Of a stretch of 64,000 nucleotides of DNA, positions 1-12,889 are shown one piece after another. Position 1 is the stretch's first letter; each line of letters starts with the position of its first letter. The position numbers and the translations under genes were made by a program. Under the pieces are notes generated by a model, which was not told the origin of the DNA, did no database searches, and saw only the letters and a list, made by a program, of their open reading frames with translations. This stretch comes from Octopus vulgaris (Eukaryota). Location: NCBI GenBank assembly GCA_951406725.2, contig OX597824.1:24118001-24182000 (forward strand). The letters are read 5' to 3'.

Positions 1-173
1 GCATCCATCATAGGATCCATCATTTTCTTTAAAAAAATCTAAAACCATTGGTCCAGGAATTAGATGCTAAATGATTTTATTTTTCATTCCCTTCGAAATT
101 TTATCCCTAAAAGTGGTTTGGAATTTAACTGTCCTCTCTAGCGTGCAAGGAATCCTATGATGGATGCATCTTG
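1..173. mobile_element. Tc1/mariner-type MITE, left end cut by the window edge
   Basis: GCATCCATCATAGGAT (1-16) is the reverse complement of ATCCTATGATGGATGC (152-167); the right end CATCTTG is followed by TA. Confidence 0.55.
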
Positions 174-194
174 TACGTTTAAATGTACACTGTA

Positions 195-273
<79 letters not shown>

Positions 274-301
274 TTTATTTAAGTATATATTCTAGCAAAA
301 A

Positions 302-339
302 CTGTCCGACGAACGGCAACGTGAAACTCAGAGTAACAG
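302..339 (+). ncRNA. Minimal type-I hammerhead ribozyme (U4C variant) in a short element (~272-443) within (TA)n
   Basis: ctgt-CCGACGA-acg(gcaa)cgt-GAAA-ctc(a)gag-TA-acag; stems I, II and III pair. Same family as 41284-41499. Confidence 0.75.
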
Positions 340-712
340 GTTTTGTTGAATTTTCTGCTGCTTTAAATAAAGTGTATTACTCTACCACTGGTACTTGAGT
401 ACTCTTTTTTCCACCTTGTTTCACATTTATGTGTTTACTCCGGTATATATATATATATTTATATATATATTTACACAGAATCTAATGCTCTTAGCTTAGT
501 TTTTCCTTGGGGCTGGCCAGATTGGATCAATCTCAAGGTTAATCAGCCGAAATTGCGAGGATGATCCGGTTCTTGACTGAAGATAAAAGGCTTCGAATGA
601 CCTGTCCTTGCTTTCTTTGTATCGTCTATCTGGATGTTTTGTTGTCCCTTTTTGTATCACCTGGCTGTCCGGATGTTTTGCGCTCTTGTCCCATTTTGTA
701 TTTTAATTCATA

Positions 713-780
<68 letters not shown>

Positions 781-1796
781 TGTATATGTGTGTGTGTGTG
801 CGCATATGTATGTATGTATGCATGTATGTATGTGTGCATGTATGTATGTTGAAGTTTGTCTTTATGTTCAGTTATAATAAAAACAATCTTACATCTGTCT
901 GAAGGGTTACTTCATATTTTAGTAGAATACAAATTTATTAGTCTTAAACAAGAATATTTGTGACAGTGACTTCGAAGTTCCGATTTGAATTCTACCTCGG
1001 TATCTGAAGAAGTAAGAAACATTTATCATTTAATCGGTTCATGAGTTTGATAGAATCACTAGCGCATCTGAAAAACTGCTTTGTAGTATTTGTCCCGTCT
1101 CGGCTTTCATCTTCTCAGAATCGGTAAAATATGGTACCAGTCAAATACTGGGGTCGATGCTATTGATTAACTCCTTCCCTTCATAATTATTGTTTAATCG
1201 GAGAGAAAAATGCAGTGCCTTCCTTCGCACTTTTTGTTAAAGGTCTTCCATAATGGGTGGAATAACAGAAGGAAACTACCCAAAGAAAAGAAATACAATC
1301 CGAATGACCTGTCCCCCATTTTCTTTCCCTGCCTCTGATTTATGGGTGTGTAGATAAGAAGCTCAATTTGCAACGACGTGGTTCCGGGTTCAATCCTACT
1401 TCGTGGCATCTCGAGAATATATCTACTAATGCCGGGTCGTTCAACGACTTACGAGTGAATTCGGTGAAACACACACACACACATAGGGGTAGGTGTGACA
1501 CCTTGGGCAAGCGTTACCTACTGTAGCTTCGGGCCGACCAAAGCCTTGTGAAAAGATTTAGTAGGTGAAACTGAAAAAAGCCCGTCGTATATGTATGTGT
1601 GTGAGTCTGTCTATCTGTCTGCTTCTTCCCCACCACCGCTTGACAACCGGTATTGGTGTGTTTATGTCGCTGTAACTAAGCGTTTCAACAAAAGACAGAA
1701 ACCGATTGAATAAGTATCAAGCTTTAAAAAGGTACTGGGATCGATTCATTCGACTAAAAAATTCTCCATTCGAATGAGTGAAGCAAGTAAAAGATG

Positions 1797-1861
<65 letters not shown>

Positions 1862-1918
1862 TTAGACATGGTCTGGACCAATCTTTGGTCGAAACATATC
1901 TAAGTTTATCTAAGTCTA

Positions 1919-1985
<67 letters not shown>

Positions 1986-4949
1986 GAAGACACCCAAGGC
2001 GCGAGGCAATGAGACTGAACCCCAAATCACGAGATTTCAAAGCGAATTTCCTCTACACACAGCCATACCCATGCCTACAAAAAAAAAACAAAAAAAAACA
2101 CATGATGAAAATAATTTTTTGCTGTGATCGAGATTCGATCCTGTGCGAGAAAAATTCATCGGATTTTACGTCCAACGGCACCACCGTTGAACACGGTTAT
2201 TAAAGTATTTCTTAATCTTATCACTTTTTATAATTGTTCTTCCTAACATAATTCCCCAGATGAACATTGACAAAGATTTATAAAATTCTTTATTAGGTTT
2301 GTACCAGACCAAATGATTTCTATCAGGGTATATTATTCAATGAATAAAGAACTTTATATAAATATATATATATATAAAGATTAAATTATTTATATGCGAT
2401 CTTTGGAACAATGAGGTACTATATTTAGTCGGTTTGTATCTGTGTGTAGATACGTTCATTGGAACACTTGGAGTGAGAAGAATTATTTTTTTTTAACGGT
2501 TTGTATCAGTGAAATAGAGCTCAATCGATAGAGCACTCGAAAGTGTAGAAATGTTTTTTTAACACAGTCTGTGCCAGTGTGTAGAGTTTATTCAGTCTGA
2601 ATATTTTGAACAAATCTATAAAGATATTTATATTATGTATTTATGTATTTTATATGAGTGTCAGTGTACAGAGCTCATTCAACGGAACACTTTAAATGGA
2701 GGTAGCAATGTTATTTTTAAGATTTGAACGATATAAAAAATGTCCTTAGAATATTTCTGAAGAAAGCTACAAACACTAAAATAGTCGTAGAAAAAAATTT
2801 TAGAAATTTTTTTTTTTCCAAAAATTCAATTTCACGCTAAATTGAATGAATAAATGAACAATTCCAAAAATGAATATATAAATGAATAAAAATGTAAATA
2901 AAGGAAAATGCAAATAAAAATTTTTGAGCAGTTCAATAATTTTTTGCAGATGATGCAGCGCAAACATTTAGTGACAGATGTATTTTGTGGAAATTCAAAA
3001 TGGCGGCTTTGCTAACCAACTGCAAATAGCTTAGAAATGTTTGAGCGTCAAGGGGCGGAACTAGTAGTCGTTTACGCTTCAAGATTCCAAGATTTACTCG
3101 GATGATGTATGTACACAGAACAACTAATTGAATCTACAAATCTCAGATAAATTTCTTTTAAATTGTACTTGTCATTCCATTAATCGTCACAAATATTTTT
3201 ATTTATTGCTTTCTAGGAAACATAAAAAAAAACAGCAACGTAAAAAGAGCAACATCAAAACCAACAAAAACAACGAGCAAGTTTTTTTTTATTTTGCCAG
3301 AAGACCGACGTATGAGGGAATGTTATATGAACAAATTATTAAATCGGTGGGGATAGAGGAGAATCGAATATTTATAAACAGGTATTTAAGAAAGCAGTAT
3401 GAAAGAAAAAGGAATGAAACATCACAACAGAGGTTACCCTTACTCCCAGCAGTGGCCAACGAGCACGAGATTTGCATTCCGGCATTTTCGGCCTTTTCAA
3501 TGGAGCGTACTCGCAGCTAGCCACATGTTCAGACTGGAATGTATCAGGCGATAACGAAATACACCAGGTGATATTCTGGACGATGCCGGAACGAATTTTC
3601 GTCTCTCCCTCTGATACTTTTTTGCGTTTTTAACAAAGCACGTCCATAAAAGATGTTTCTTCAGTACAAATACCTAGGTACTGCGGTAATGGGCATATTG
3701 ACAGTGTTTATACATTAAATAAACATTAACTTCAATTGAACATACCGGATATATACATATATACATATGCATACGTGCGCAAGTATGTATATGTATATAT
3801 ATATACATATGTGTGTGTGTTTTGTGTGTGCATGCGTGTGTATGTATGTATATGTGTGTATATATATAGATAATATATTATATATATGTATGTATGTATG
3901 TATGTTTCCTTCCTAAAGACAAGACGTGCTTTTGTCTGTCTCTTCTCAAAGCTCGTTTACCAGCTTTCACCCCTTCACATCGTCTTGACTTAACAACCCT
4001 CACCGTTTGTTTTTACTGTTTTGTTCTCACTGTCCTGTTTTTTGTTACCACTTTCCCCCTCCGCAAAACTTACCAAATTTTATTTAATTTGCTTTGCGGG
4101 AAGGATTGTTTTAACGAAGTCGCATCTTGTCGTTACCTTCGTAACGTGGAGTAGATAAAACAGGGGACAACTGATGAAGGGAATGTTCTCTATGTTGCAT
4201 GTCTCGTTTCTCTGTTTGTTTGTTTTTTTCGTTGTTCGTTTTCTATGGTTTTGTTTTTTATGTTCTCGTTTCTCATTGTCTACGTTTTCTTTTTACGTCT
4301 GTACCCATATATGCATGTATATATACACATATATATATAGGTATATACATATGCATATATTTATATATTATTTATATATTATTTATATTATTATATGCAT
4401 ATGTATATATAAGTTTCTATACGCAACAATCACTTCAGTAATAAAGACAAGAAGCTACTTACACACATCTTATCATAATGGACGATCAAATCCAAACATA
4501 TAACAAAAATAAAAAAATAGCCAACACAAAAATAGAGGAAGTGAGTGATATCCTTATTGAAATTAATAAAGCAAAGAATATAATTAAACAAAGATCAGGG
4601 AAATATTATAGGAATATAATATAAAAATGAATTATCTAATATCAAAGCAGGCTTGAGTCTGGAAATACTTTCTAAATCACAGATAATCCGTTGTTATGAA
4701 AAACGGAAACAGCATCAGTTCTTTGAGAAAAACAAACGGCTTGATTCCGATGCAAAATGAATTTATCAAGAAAAATTAGATAAAGATAGAATAAAATAGA
4801 ATAAATCAAAAAATATTGCAGGATTAGCGAGAGGAAAGAAACAAGATTTAGGTAGATTGTGAGAAGATGTTAAAACTCAGTACCACGACGACCAACAATG
4901 ACAACAACACCAGAACAACAACAACAACAACAGTAATAATAATAATAAT

Positions 4950-5893
4950 TTCTACTAAAGGGACAAGGGCTGAAATTTGTGGGAGGTGGGACAGTCGATT
5001 ACATCGACCCCAGTGCTTAGCGGGTATTTATTTTATCGACCTCGAAAGGATGAAAGGCAAAGTCGACCTCGGCGGAATTTGAACTCAGAAAGTGAAGACG
5101 AACGAAATACCTATTTCTTTACTACCCACAAGGGGCTAAACACAGAGAGGACAAACACGGACAGACAGACAGATTAAGTCGATTACATCGACCCCAGTGT
5201 GTAACTGGTACTTAATTTAATCGACCCCGAAAGGATGAAAAGCAAAGTCGACCTCGGCGGAATTTGAACTCAGAACGAAGCGGCAGACGAAATACCTATT
5301 TCTTTACTACCCACAAGAGGCTAAACACAGAGGGGACAAACAAGGACAGACAACGGATTAAGTCGATTACATCGACCCCAGTGTGTAACTGGTACTTATT
5401 TGATCGACCCCGAATGGATGAAAAGCAAAGTCGACATCGGCGGAATTTGAACTCAGAACGAAGCGGCAGACGAAATACCTATTTCTTTATTACCCACAAG
5501 GGGCTAAACACAGAGAGGACAAACAAGGACAGACAAACGGATTAAGTCGATTACATCGACCCCAGTGTGTAACTGGTACTTAATTTATCGACCCCGAAAG
5601 GATGAAAGGCAAAGTCGACCTCGGCGGAATTTGAACTCACAACGTAGCGGCAGACGAAATACCTATTTCTTTATTACCCACAAGGGGCTAAACACAGAGC
5701 GGACAAACAAGGACATACATAGGTATTAAGTCGATTACATCGACCCCAGTGCGTAACTGGTACTTAATTTATCGACCCCGAAAAAATGAAAGACAAAGTT
5801 GACCTCGGTGGAATTTGAACTCACAATGTAACGCAGACGAAATACCGTTAAGCATTTCGCCCGGCGCGCTAACGTTTCTGCCAGCTCACCGCT
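4950..5893 (-). mobile_element. Tandem array (~5 units of ~180 bp) of a tRNA-derived SINE with a Meta/MESC-like core
   Basis: Repeated unit containing a B-box (GAGTTCAAATTCC on minus) and the core GCCTTTCATCCTTTCGGGGTCGATAAATTAAGTACCAG. The A-box head is present only on the 5'-most unit (~5893). Confidence 0.85.
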
Positions 5894-6113
5894 TTAACAA
5901 CAATAATAATAATAATAATCATTTCTACTAAAGGTACAAGGCCTGAAATTTTGTGGGTGGGGACAAGTCCATGTAATCGACCCCAGTGTTTCACTGGTAC
6001 TTAATTTATCGACCCCGAAAAAATGAAAGACAAAGTTGACCTCGGTGGAATTTGAACTCACAATGTAAAGACGTGCGAGAAACCGATAAGCATCTTGTAT
6101 GTATGTATATGTA

Positions 6114-6173
<60 letters not shown>

Positions 6174-6362
6174 TATATATATATATATACATGTATATAT
6201 ATGTATACATGTATGTGCGTATGTACGTATATGTATGTGTGTGTTTGTGTTTGTCCACGAAAACTGATAGACAACCGGTGTTGGTTTGTTTACGTCGCCG
6301 TAAACTAGCAGTTCAGCAAAAGAAATCGATAGAGCAAATACCGATCTCAGGACATACAAAAT

Positions 6363-6416
<54 letters not shown>

Positions 6417-7092
6417 CAGCACCTTTCAAGTGCGGCTGACATCAAAGGGCGGAAACAAATGAAAGTTATATATACAAAATAATAATAAAAAAAAAAAAGA
6501 ATTAAAAAAAGCGATAAAAGATTATTAAGAGCGAATTAAAGAAAACAAAATTTCGCCAAGGAAAGGTGTCAGCCGCATCCATTAATTTACTTTAATTCTC
6601 TATGTAGGTCATTCGATAATTAAGAAAATTACAAAATACTAATGAATGAAGCTTATTTTTTATGATTCATTTACTCATACAGTCTAGCAGTGGAGCTGTT
6701 TCACAATGTTTTTGTATACAAAAGTGTAGCAGTAATTCAGGTGTGAACACACAAAAGTTATGGGATAGTGTAGGTTTAATAAGTTGGTAATATTAATGAC
6801 ATCGGGAGTGTGGGCCAATTATTTGACTTTGCAGAGACATCAGTTACTAGACTTAATTAAGTAAAAAAAGAAAAAAAATTAATATATACATTAATTAGAA
6901 TATAAATTACACTTACTTGTACGTTCTACTCATACACCCCCACATGTCTGTGTGCGTATGTTTAACATTTATACATGTATGTATATGTGTGTGTGTGGGG
7001 GGGGGGGGTATGTATGCGTGCACGTGTACACACACGCACGTGCACACGTACATACATATACGTACAAATATACATATGCTCCAATATAAACA

Positions 7093-7172
<80 letters not shown>

Positions 7173-7175
<3 letters not shown>

Positions 7176-7384
7176 GGTGGCCCAAAAGTAGGTTTACAGT
7201 TATTCAACTATCTCTTTCACATTCATACATTAACAGTTTAGACCTTAATTATAAAAAGATATGAAACCATTATTCTTTGTTAATTTAGTTAATTGTTAGT
7301 TAGAAATTTAAATGTAATAAAATGTTTTAAAAGAAATTTAAAGTACCTACATGATAAGTGTAAACCTACTTTTGGGCCACCCTG
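7173..7384. mobile_element. Tc1/mariner-type MITE
   Basis: ~26-bp TIRs CATGGTGGCCCAAAAGTAGGTTTACA / TGTAAACCTACTTTTGGGCCACCCTG flanked by TA. Confidence 0.85.
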
Positions 7385-7388
7385 TACC

Positions 7389-7716
7389 CTTTTACTTGTT
7401 TCAGTCATTTGACTGTGGCCATGCTGGAGCACCACCTTTTTAGTCGAGCAAATCGACCCCAGGACTTATTCTTTGTAAGCCTAATACTTATTGTAAGCCT
7501 AGTACTTATTGTAAGCCTAGTACTGCCGAACCGCTAGGTTGCGGGGACGTAAACACACCAGCAAAGTTGTCAAGCGATGTTAAGTGGGGGTCAAAAACAG
7601 GCACACAAACAAATACACTCACACATACTCCTTCTTCCATTTTCCTGAGCGCCTAATAATAATAATACTGTAATTGTTCCACGTGTTGTTGTTTTTTCTG
7701 TTTTCCCGTTTGGATT

Positions 7717-7783
<67 letters not shown>

Positions 7784-7946
7784 ACGGGCTTCTTTCAGTT
7801 TCCGTCTACCAAATCCATTCACAAGGCTTTGGTCGGCCCGAGGCAATAGTAGAAGACACTTGGCCAAGGTGCCACGCAGTGGGACTGAACCCGGAACCAT
7901 GTGGTTGGTAAGAAAGCTACTTACCACACAGCCATTCCTACGCCTA
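7389..7946 (-). mobile_element. tRNA-derived CORE-type SINE (octopus OR/OK-like) with internal microsatellite
   Basis: Head TGGCTGTGTGGTAAG...GGGTTCAGTCCC, CORE-like GGCACCTTGG(G/C)CAAGTGTCTT, tail GACTGAAACAAGTAAAAG; many copies in the window. Confidence 0.8.
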
Positions 7947-8013
7947 TGAATATTTTTGAAAGACACAGAAGCCGACAAACAGAACTAAATAGACAGACAG
8001 ACATACAGAAAGA

Positions 8014-8061
<48 letters not shown>

Positions 8062-8803
8062 CAGACAGACAGACAGACAGACAGGCAGACAGACAGACAG
8101 ACAGACAGGTAAATAGATAGATAGATAGATAGATAGATAGATTGATTGATTGATTGATTGATTTGATTGATTGACTGATGATAGATTGATTGATTGACTG
8201 ATGTCGTCCTCTGAAGTTGATAGAATATTCGTTGTTCTAAAACTGACGCGAAATATTGGTAATCGAAAGGTCTGAGCTTGTGTTGAAACAGATATTGTTG
8301 TATTTCGGGAGGGTCATTACGCCAATAACAAGCACACGCGCTGGTTCTGTTTAACTTCTGTAATATTCGTTAATTGGATAGCAACTGAACCAACTGACAA
8401 GTCGATTATTTGATTAATTATTCGGTTAATAAATCAATCGGTTATATTTGTTCCTGGTTAGTATTCTTTTAATCTCTGCGGCACATATTTGCACTCTCCG
8501 CCAGACACCAGTTCATAGCGACACCTTTATGGAAATAATCAGGTGAAGTTTATCATTCGAGAGTAAATACAATTCAACCAGCCAGACAGCTTCTACACAT
8601 TTTTCGGCTTTTACCAATCGTAGGTCGATTAGAGTCAATGGTAGAATGATAACACGTTTAGTTCCCGAGCGGACAGTTAGCACAAGGGAGAGAATACTTT
8701 TTACATAATATTTGGCGGTTCTATATTTAAGCAATGAGGAATTATGTACATTATTTAAATCATTTATATTCGACGGATATTTGTCCTCATCTTGTTTGTT
8801 GTT

Positions 8804-8849
8804 AACACAACGTTTCGGCTGATATACCATCCAGCCTTCATCAAGTGTC
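8804..8849 (-). ncRNA. Hammerhead ribozyme, inverted copy (C3U)
   Basis: Minus strand: gacac-TTGATGA-a-ggctg...cagcc-GAAA-cg-TT-gtgtt. Confidence 0.7.
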
Positions 8850-8893
8850 TTGGGAAAATTTCGAACCTGGGTTCTGATCCCATAATTGCTCAC

Positions 8894-8967
8894 GGGCATA
8901 TGGCGTAGTGGTTAAGAGCGCGGGCTACTAACCCCAAGATTCCGAGTTCGATTCTAAGCAGTGACCT
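8894..8967 (+). promoter_or_regulatory. tRNA-derived Pol III head (A box and B box); not a functional tRNA
   Basis: A box TGGCGTAGTGG, anticodon-like arm GGG-CTACTAA-CCC, B box GAGTTCGATTC; acceptor stem is degenerate. Confidence 0.75.
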
Positions 8968-8986
8968 GGACACTAACACTAATAAC

Positions 8987-9049
<63 letters not shown>

Positions 9050-9181
9050 GATGATGATGGTGATGGTGTTGGTGGTTGTGGTGGTGGTGATGGTGGTGGT
9101 GATGATGATGATGATGATGATGATGATAAAAACAACGAAAAATACCTTAGGAATGAGAACACAGGTTTGAAATTTCCCCAA

Positions 9182-9227
9182 GACACCTGAAGAAGGCTGG
9201 AGGGTATATCAGCCGAAACGTTGTGTT
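9182..9227 (+). ncRNA. Minimal type-I hammerhead ribozyme
   Basis: gacac-CTGAAGA-a-ggctg(gagggtatat)cagcc-GAAA-cg-TT-gtgtt; canonical core with palindromic stem III (AACGTT). Confidence 0.85.
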
Positions 9228-10671
9228 AGCAACAAACAAGATGAGGACAAAAATCCGTCGAATGTAAATAATATAAATAATGTAAATATTTGGCGGGATT
9301 AGCAGTTTGAAGTTGAAATTCAGGAGATGCATAAAGCATAGATATTAAATTATTTTTTACACTCGAATATCGAACCCGGAGTCATTTGATTGCAACGCTA
9401 ACTTCCTAACCACACGACCATGCCTGTACACGCGTTCTTTAGCTGTTTTTTTTTTTCCTTTTCTTTTTTTTTTTTTTGTTAGACTGTTTTGTGATTCTGG
9501 TATTAAGTGTGTAACTGAATACAATAAAACATGAAACAAAAGGAAATATCACGTGACAAGTTTTTGCCGCTTTTCGTAATGTAATATTATCAGCTGGTTG
9601 CTAAAAGTTATTCGGAGACGCGAGGGTGGGCTTTGAATCTTCTTCCATCTCTTGCTTTGTTTCAGAAATCATCCGACTGCGGCCATGCTGGAGCACAGCC
9701 TCGAAGGGATTTCAATCGAACAAATCAACCCCCTTACATTTTTTTTAATCAGATGTCCCTTTTATCGATCACTTTCGCTGAACCGCTTCTCAGGCAGTGA
9801 AACAGATACACATTATTTAACGGGTTTCCATACAGTTTCCGTCTACCAAATTCACACAGAAATTTGGTTGGTTCGAAGCTATAGTAGGTAACACCTACCC
9901 CAGGTACCGCGCGATGGGACTGATCCTAAAACCACGCGGTCATAAAGTAAGCTTCTTAACCACAAAGCCAGGTCCGCGCTTTCTTTTTCTTTTTCATTAT
10001 TTGTTGGGGTTTTTTTTTGGTGGGGGTGTTTCGTAATATAATATAATCAGTTGATCTGCTAAAAAGTATTTGGGCGGGTGGGGGTTCACAAGATAATTAA
10101 TAAAGATGGGAAAGGAGAAAAAGGAGGAGGATGTCGACGACGACGTGGATGAAATGGATAGACAGGGGGAGAGGAGAGAGACAAAAGATGGAAGGTGAAG
10201 GGGGTGAGCTTAATGGACCAGAAATTAAAGCCTCTACTCTTTGTCCTGTGAAGTTTGCGTGTATATGTACGTGTGCGCCCGTGGGCCACTGAGTGCGTGC
10301 GTGTGCGTGCGAGCGTGCGTGCGTGCGTGCATGTGTGTGTGTGTGTATGTGAAGGGGGTAGAACACATGTTCCACATGGTAATGTAAGATAGATGTAAAC
10401 TGACTGCGATGATGATCAGAGAGATCCTTCAGATAAAACACTGTCAACTGATACACACACACACACACACACACACGCGCACTCACAGGCACTCACACAC
10501 ACGCGCACGCATATTCCACACACCACACACACAGACATATATATGTATGTATCTATATGTATGTATACATATATGTATCATACGATATAGTGTATATTTA
10601 AACACATGAAGAATCCACTTATAGGAATTCAACACGCTAGAAAGAACAGCTAGGCTCTATAACCACAAAAA

Positions 10672-11057
10672 TCTTTATATATAAAAGTAAGGTTGTGTGT
10701 CTGTCTCCTACGATTTAGATTCCTAACTACTCCCACATTTTGCGGTGCAGTTTAACCAAAACCGGGTATCTTATAGTCGTGATTCATATTGAGCCCTTCT
10801 GGGTATTAGCGCGCGTCTACGATTTTAAAAATAATTTACATTCATTTTTTCCATTTTTGCATTTTTTTCGCTATTATATAAGGGAAGTAACTCTCTAAAA
10901 ATGTCTACGTTGAGTCAACGATTTAAAAAAAATTACCATCATTTTTTTTTTCCATTTTTAATGCATTTTTTTTGCTATTTTTTGGCTATAACTCTCTAAA
11001 AATGCTTATATAGTTATTTCCCTTACAAACCCGAGCAACGCCGGGCGATACTGCTAG
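10672..11057 (+). mobile_element. Non-autonomous Helitron
   Basis: A|TC 5' end, subterminal hairpin CCCGAGCAACGCCGGG, CTAG|T 3' end, no TSD; second copy at 50343-50745. Confidence 0.85.
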
Positions 11058-11276
11058 TTAGGGATAAAATTCGACAGGAACAAAATGAAAAATAAAGAAC
11101 ATTTTACCATCTAGTTTCCTGGACCAATTGATTTCTGATTTTAGTTTAGCGAGTCAAGGAACTCGCCAGGTGCAATCTTCCTCAACAGGACTACCTTGGG
11201 TTAAACGTATACACACAGAGCGATGAAAACTACTTGCCCCGTATTTATACGCCCTAACATTTTCAAAATCTCTATA

Positions 11277-11317
<41 letters not shown>

Positions 11318-11426
11318 TGTAAATAATAATAATAATGGTATTTTATATAAGCTTTAAGCTTATGGTGATCACCGTGCAATGACTAAGGAAAATAGTCTAA
11401 TAAAGGGGCATATAAGTCCTCGACAG

Positions 11427-11476
<50 letters not shown>

Positions 11477-11799
11477 TATATATATATATAAATATATGTA
11501 TATATGTGTGTGTATATGTATGGGTATATATATGCACATATGTGTAGGGGTGTATGTATGTATGTATGTATAAAGCTCCTATCGCAGTCGTGGTTCTTTG
11601 GTAGGAAGTTTGCTTCGCAACTGTAAGCTTCTGGGCTTAGTATCACAGTCTGATACCTTGGACAAGTGTTTTATGCTATACCCACAAGATCAAAGGAGTA
11701 TGAATGGGTTTCGTGGATGGAAACCGTCCGGAAGCCCGTCGTACACACGCACGCTCGCGCGCTTGCACACGTATATATATATATATATAAAAAAACCTC

Positions 11800-12120
11800 C
11801 AGTCATGAATGACCATGGGATTGCACCTAGAAAGTTCCTCTCCGAGATACAAGTCTGGACAAGATTGTTTTATGGAAGACCAACAATGACCCATGCATAC
11901 CAGCCTCTCCTCTCCACATCACCAATGTTATCCAAGGGAAAGGCAAAAGCTGATACAGCTTGACACCTGTGACATCGCAGCTCATTTCTACAGGTGAGCG
12001 AACTGAAGCAACGTGAAATAAAGTGCCTTGCTCAAGGACGCAACGCAACCCAATCTGGGAATCGAACTCACTACCTCACGATTGTGAACCCGACGCTCTA
12101 ACCACTGAGCCTGCGCCTTC
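11800..12120 (-). mobile_element. tRNA-derived CORE-type SINE (second family)
   Basis: Minus head GGCGCAGGCTCAGTGGTTAGAGCG...GAGTTCGATTCCC followed by GTCCTTGAGCAAGGCACTTTA. Confidence 0.7.
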
Positions 12121-12889
12121 ACTTTACAGATGAGTGACCCGAAGCAACGTAAAATGAAGTATCTTGACCAAGAACACAACACATAGCCCGGTCCTGGAAT
12201 CGAACTCTCTTTACTCTTTTACTCTTTTACTTGTTTCAGTCATTTGACTGCGGCCATGCTGGAGCACCACCTTTTAGTACTTATTCTACCGGTCTCTTTT
12301 TGCCGAACCGCTAAGTGACGGGGACGCAAACACACCGGCATCGGTTGTCAAGCAATGCTAGGGGGACAAACACAGACACACAAACACACACACATATACA
12401 TATATATATATATATATATGCGACAGGCTTCTTTCAGTTTCCGTCTACCATGATTGTGAACCCGATGATCAAAACACTGAGTCATGCACCTTATATATAC
12501 AGATATGTATGTGTATCTTTGTGGTTGTTTGTCACCACTACCATCACTTGGCAACCGGTGTTCGTCTGTTTACTTACATGTAACTTATAAGTTCGGCTAC
12601 AGAGACCGATAGAAAAAGTACCAGGTTTTGCTTGTTAGAAAGAAATATCTACTGTGGGTGAATTGATCGACTAAGCTTTTGAAGGCGGTGCCCCAGTATG
12701 ACCTTGGAAGAAAGCAGCGAATGTATACAAAAACAAGGACGGAAAAAAACGGACAATGTTACACAAATACAATAAAAATAATAACAGGACATAACAACAG
12801 GTGTCTTTCGACTAAGCATGAATTAAATAAAAGCTGGCGTATATATACATATATAAATATAAGCAAACTGAACGTTTATATACAGGAAT

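Larger units (their letters stand above)
8719..9284 (+). mobile_element. tRNA-headed, hammerhead-containing non-autonomous element with an inverted 5' copy of its 3' part
   Basis: 12-bp TSD AATATTTGGCGG (8707-8718, 9285-9296); arms ~8747-8884 and ~9147-9284 are inverted repeats; tRNA-like head at 8894-8967. Confidence 0.75.

Noticed and set aside
500-600. GGCTG...CAGCC-GAAA in a TA-embedded module
   Set aside because: No recognisable CUGAnGA before the stem and no cleavage triplet or stem I; possibly related but unsupported.
4165-4205. CTGATGA followed by the hairpin AGGGAA/TTCTCT as a hammerhead
   Set aside because: No GAAA after the stem, so the core is incomplete.
4950-5893. CRISPR-like appearance of regularly spaced repeats
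   Set aside because: Whole ~180-bp units repeat with no unique spacers, there are no cas genes, and the context is eukaryotic SINE sequence.
8894-8967. Functional tRNA gene
   Set aside because: Acceptor and T stems do not pair properly and there is no oligo-T terminator; treated as a tRNA-derived head.
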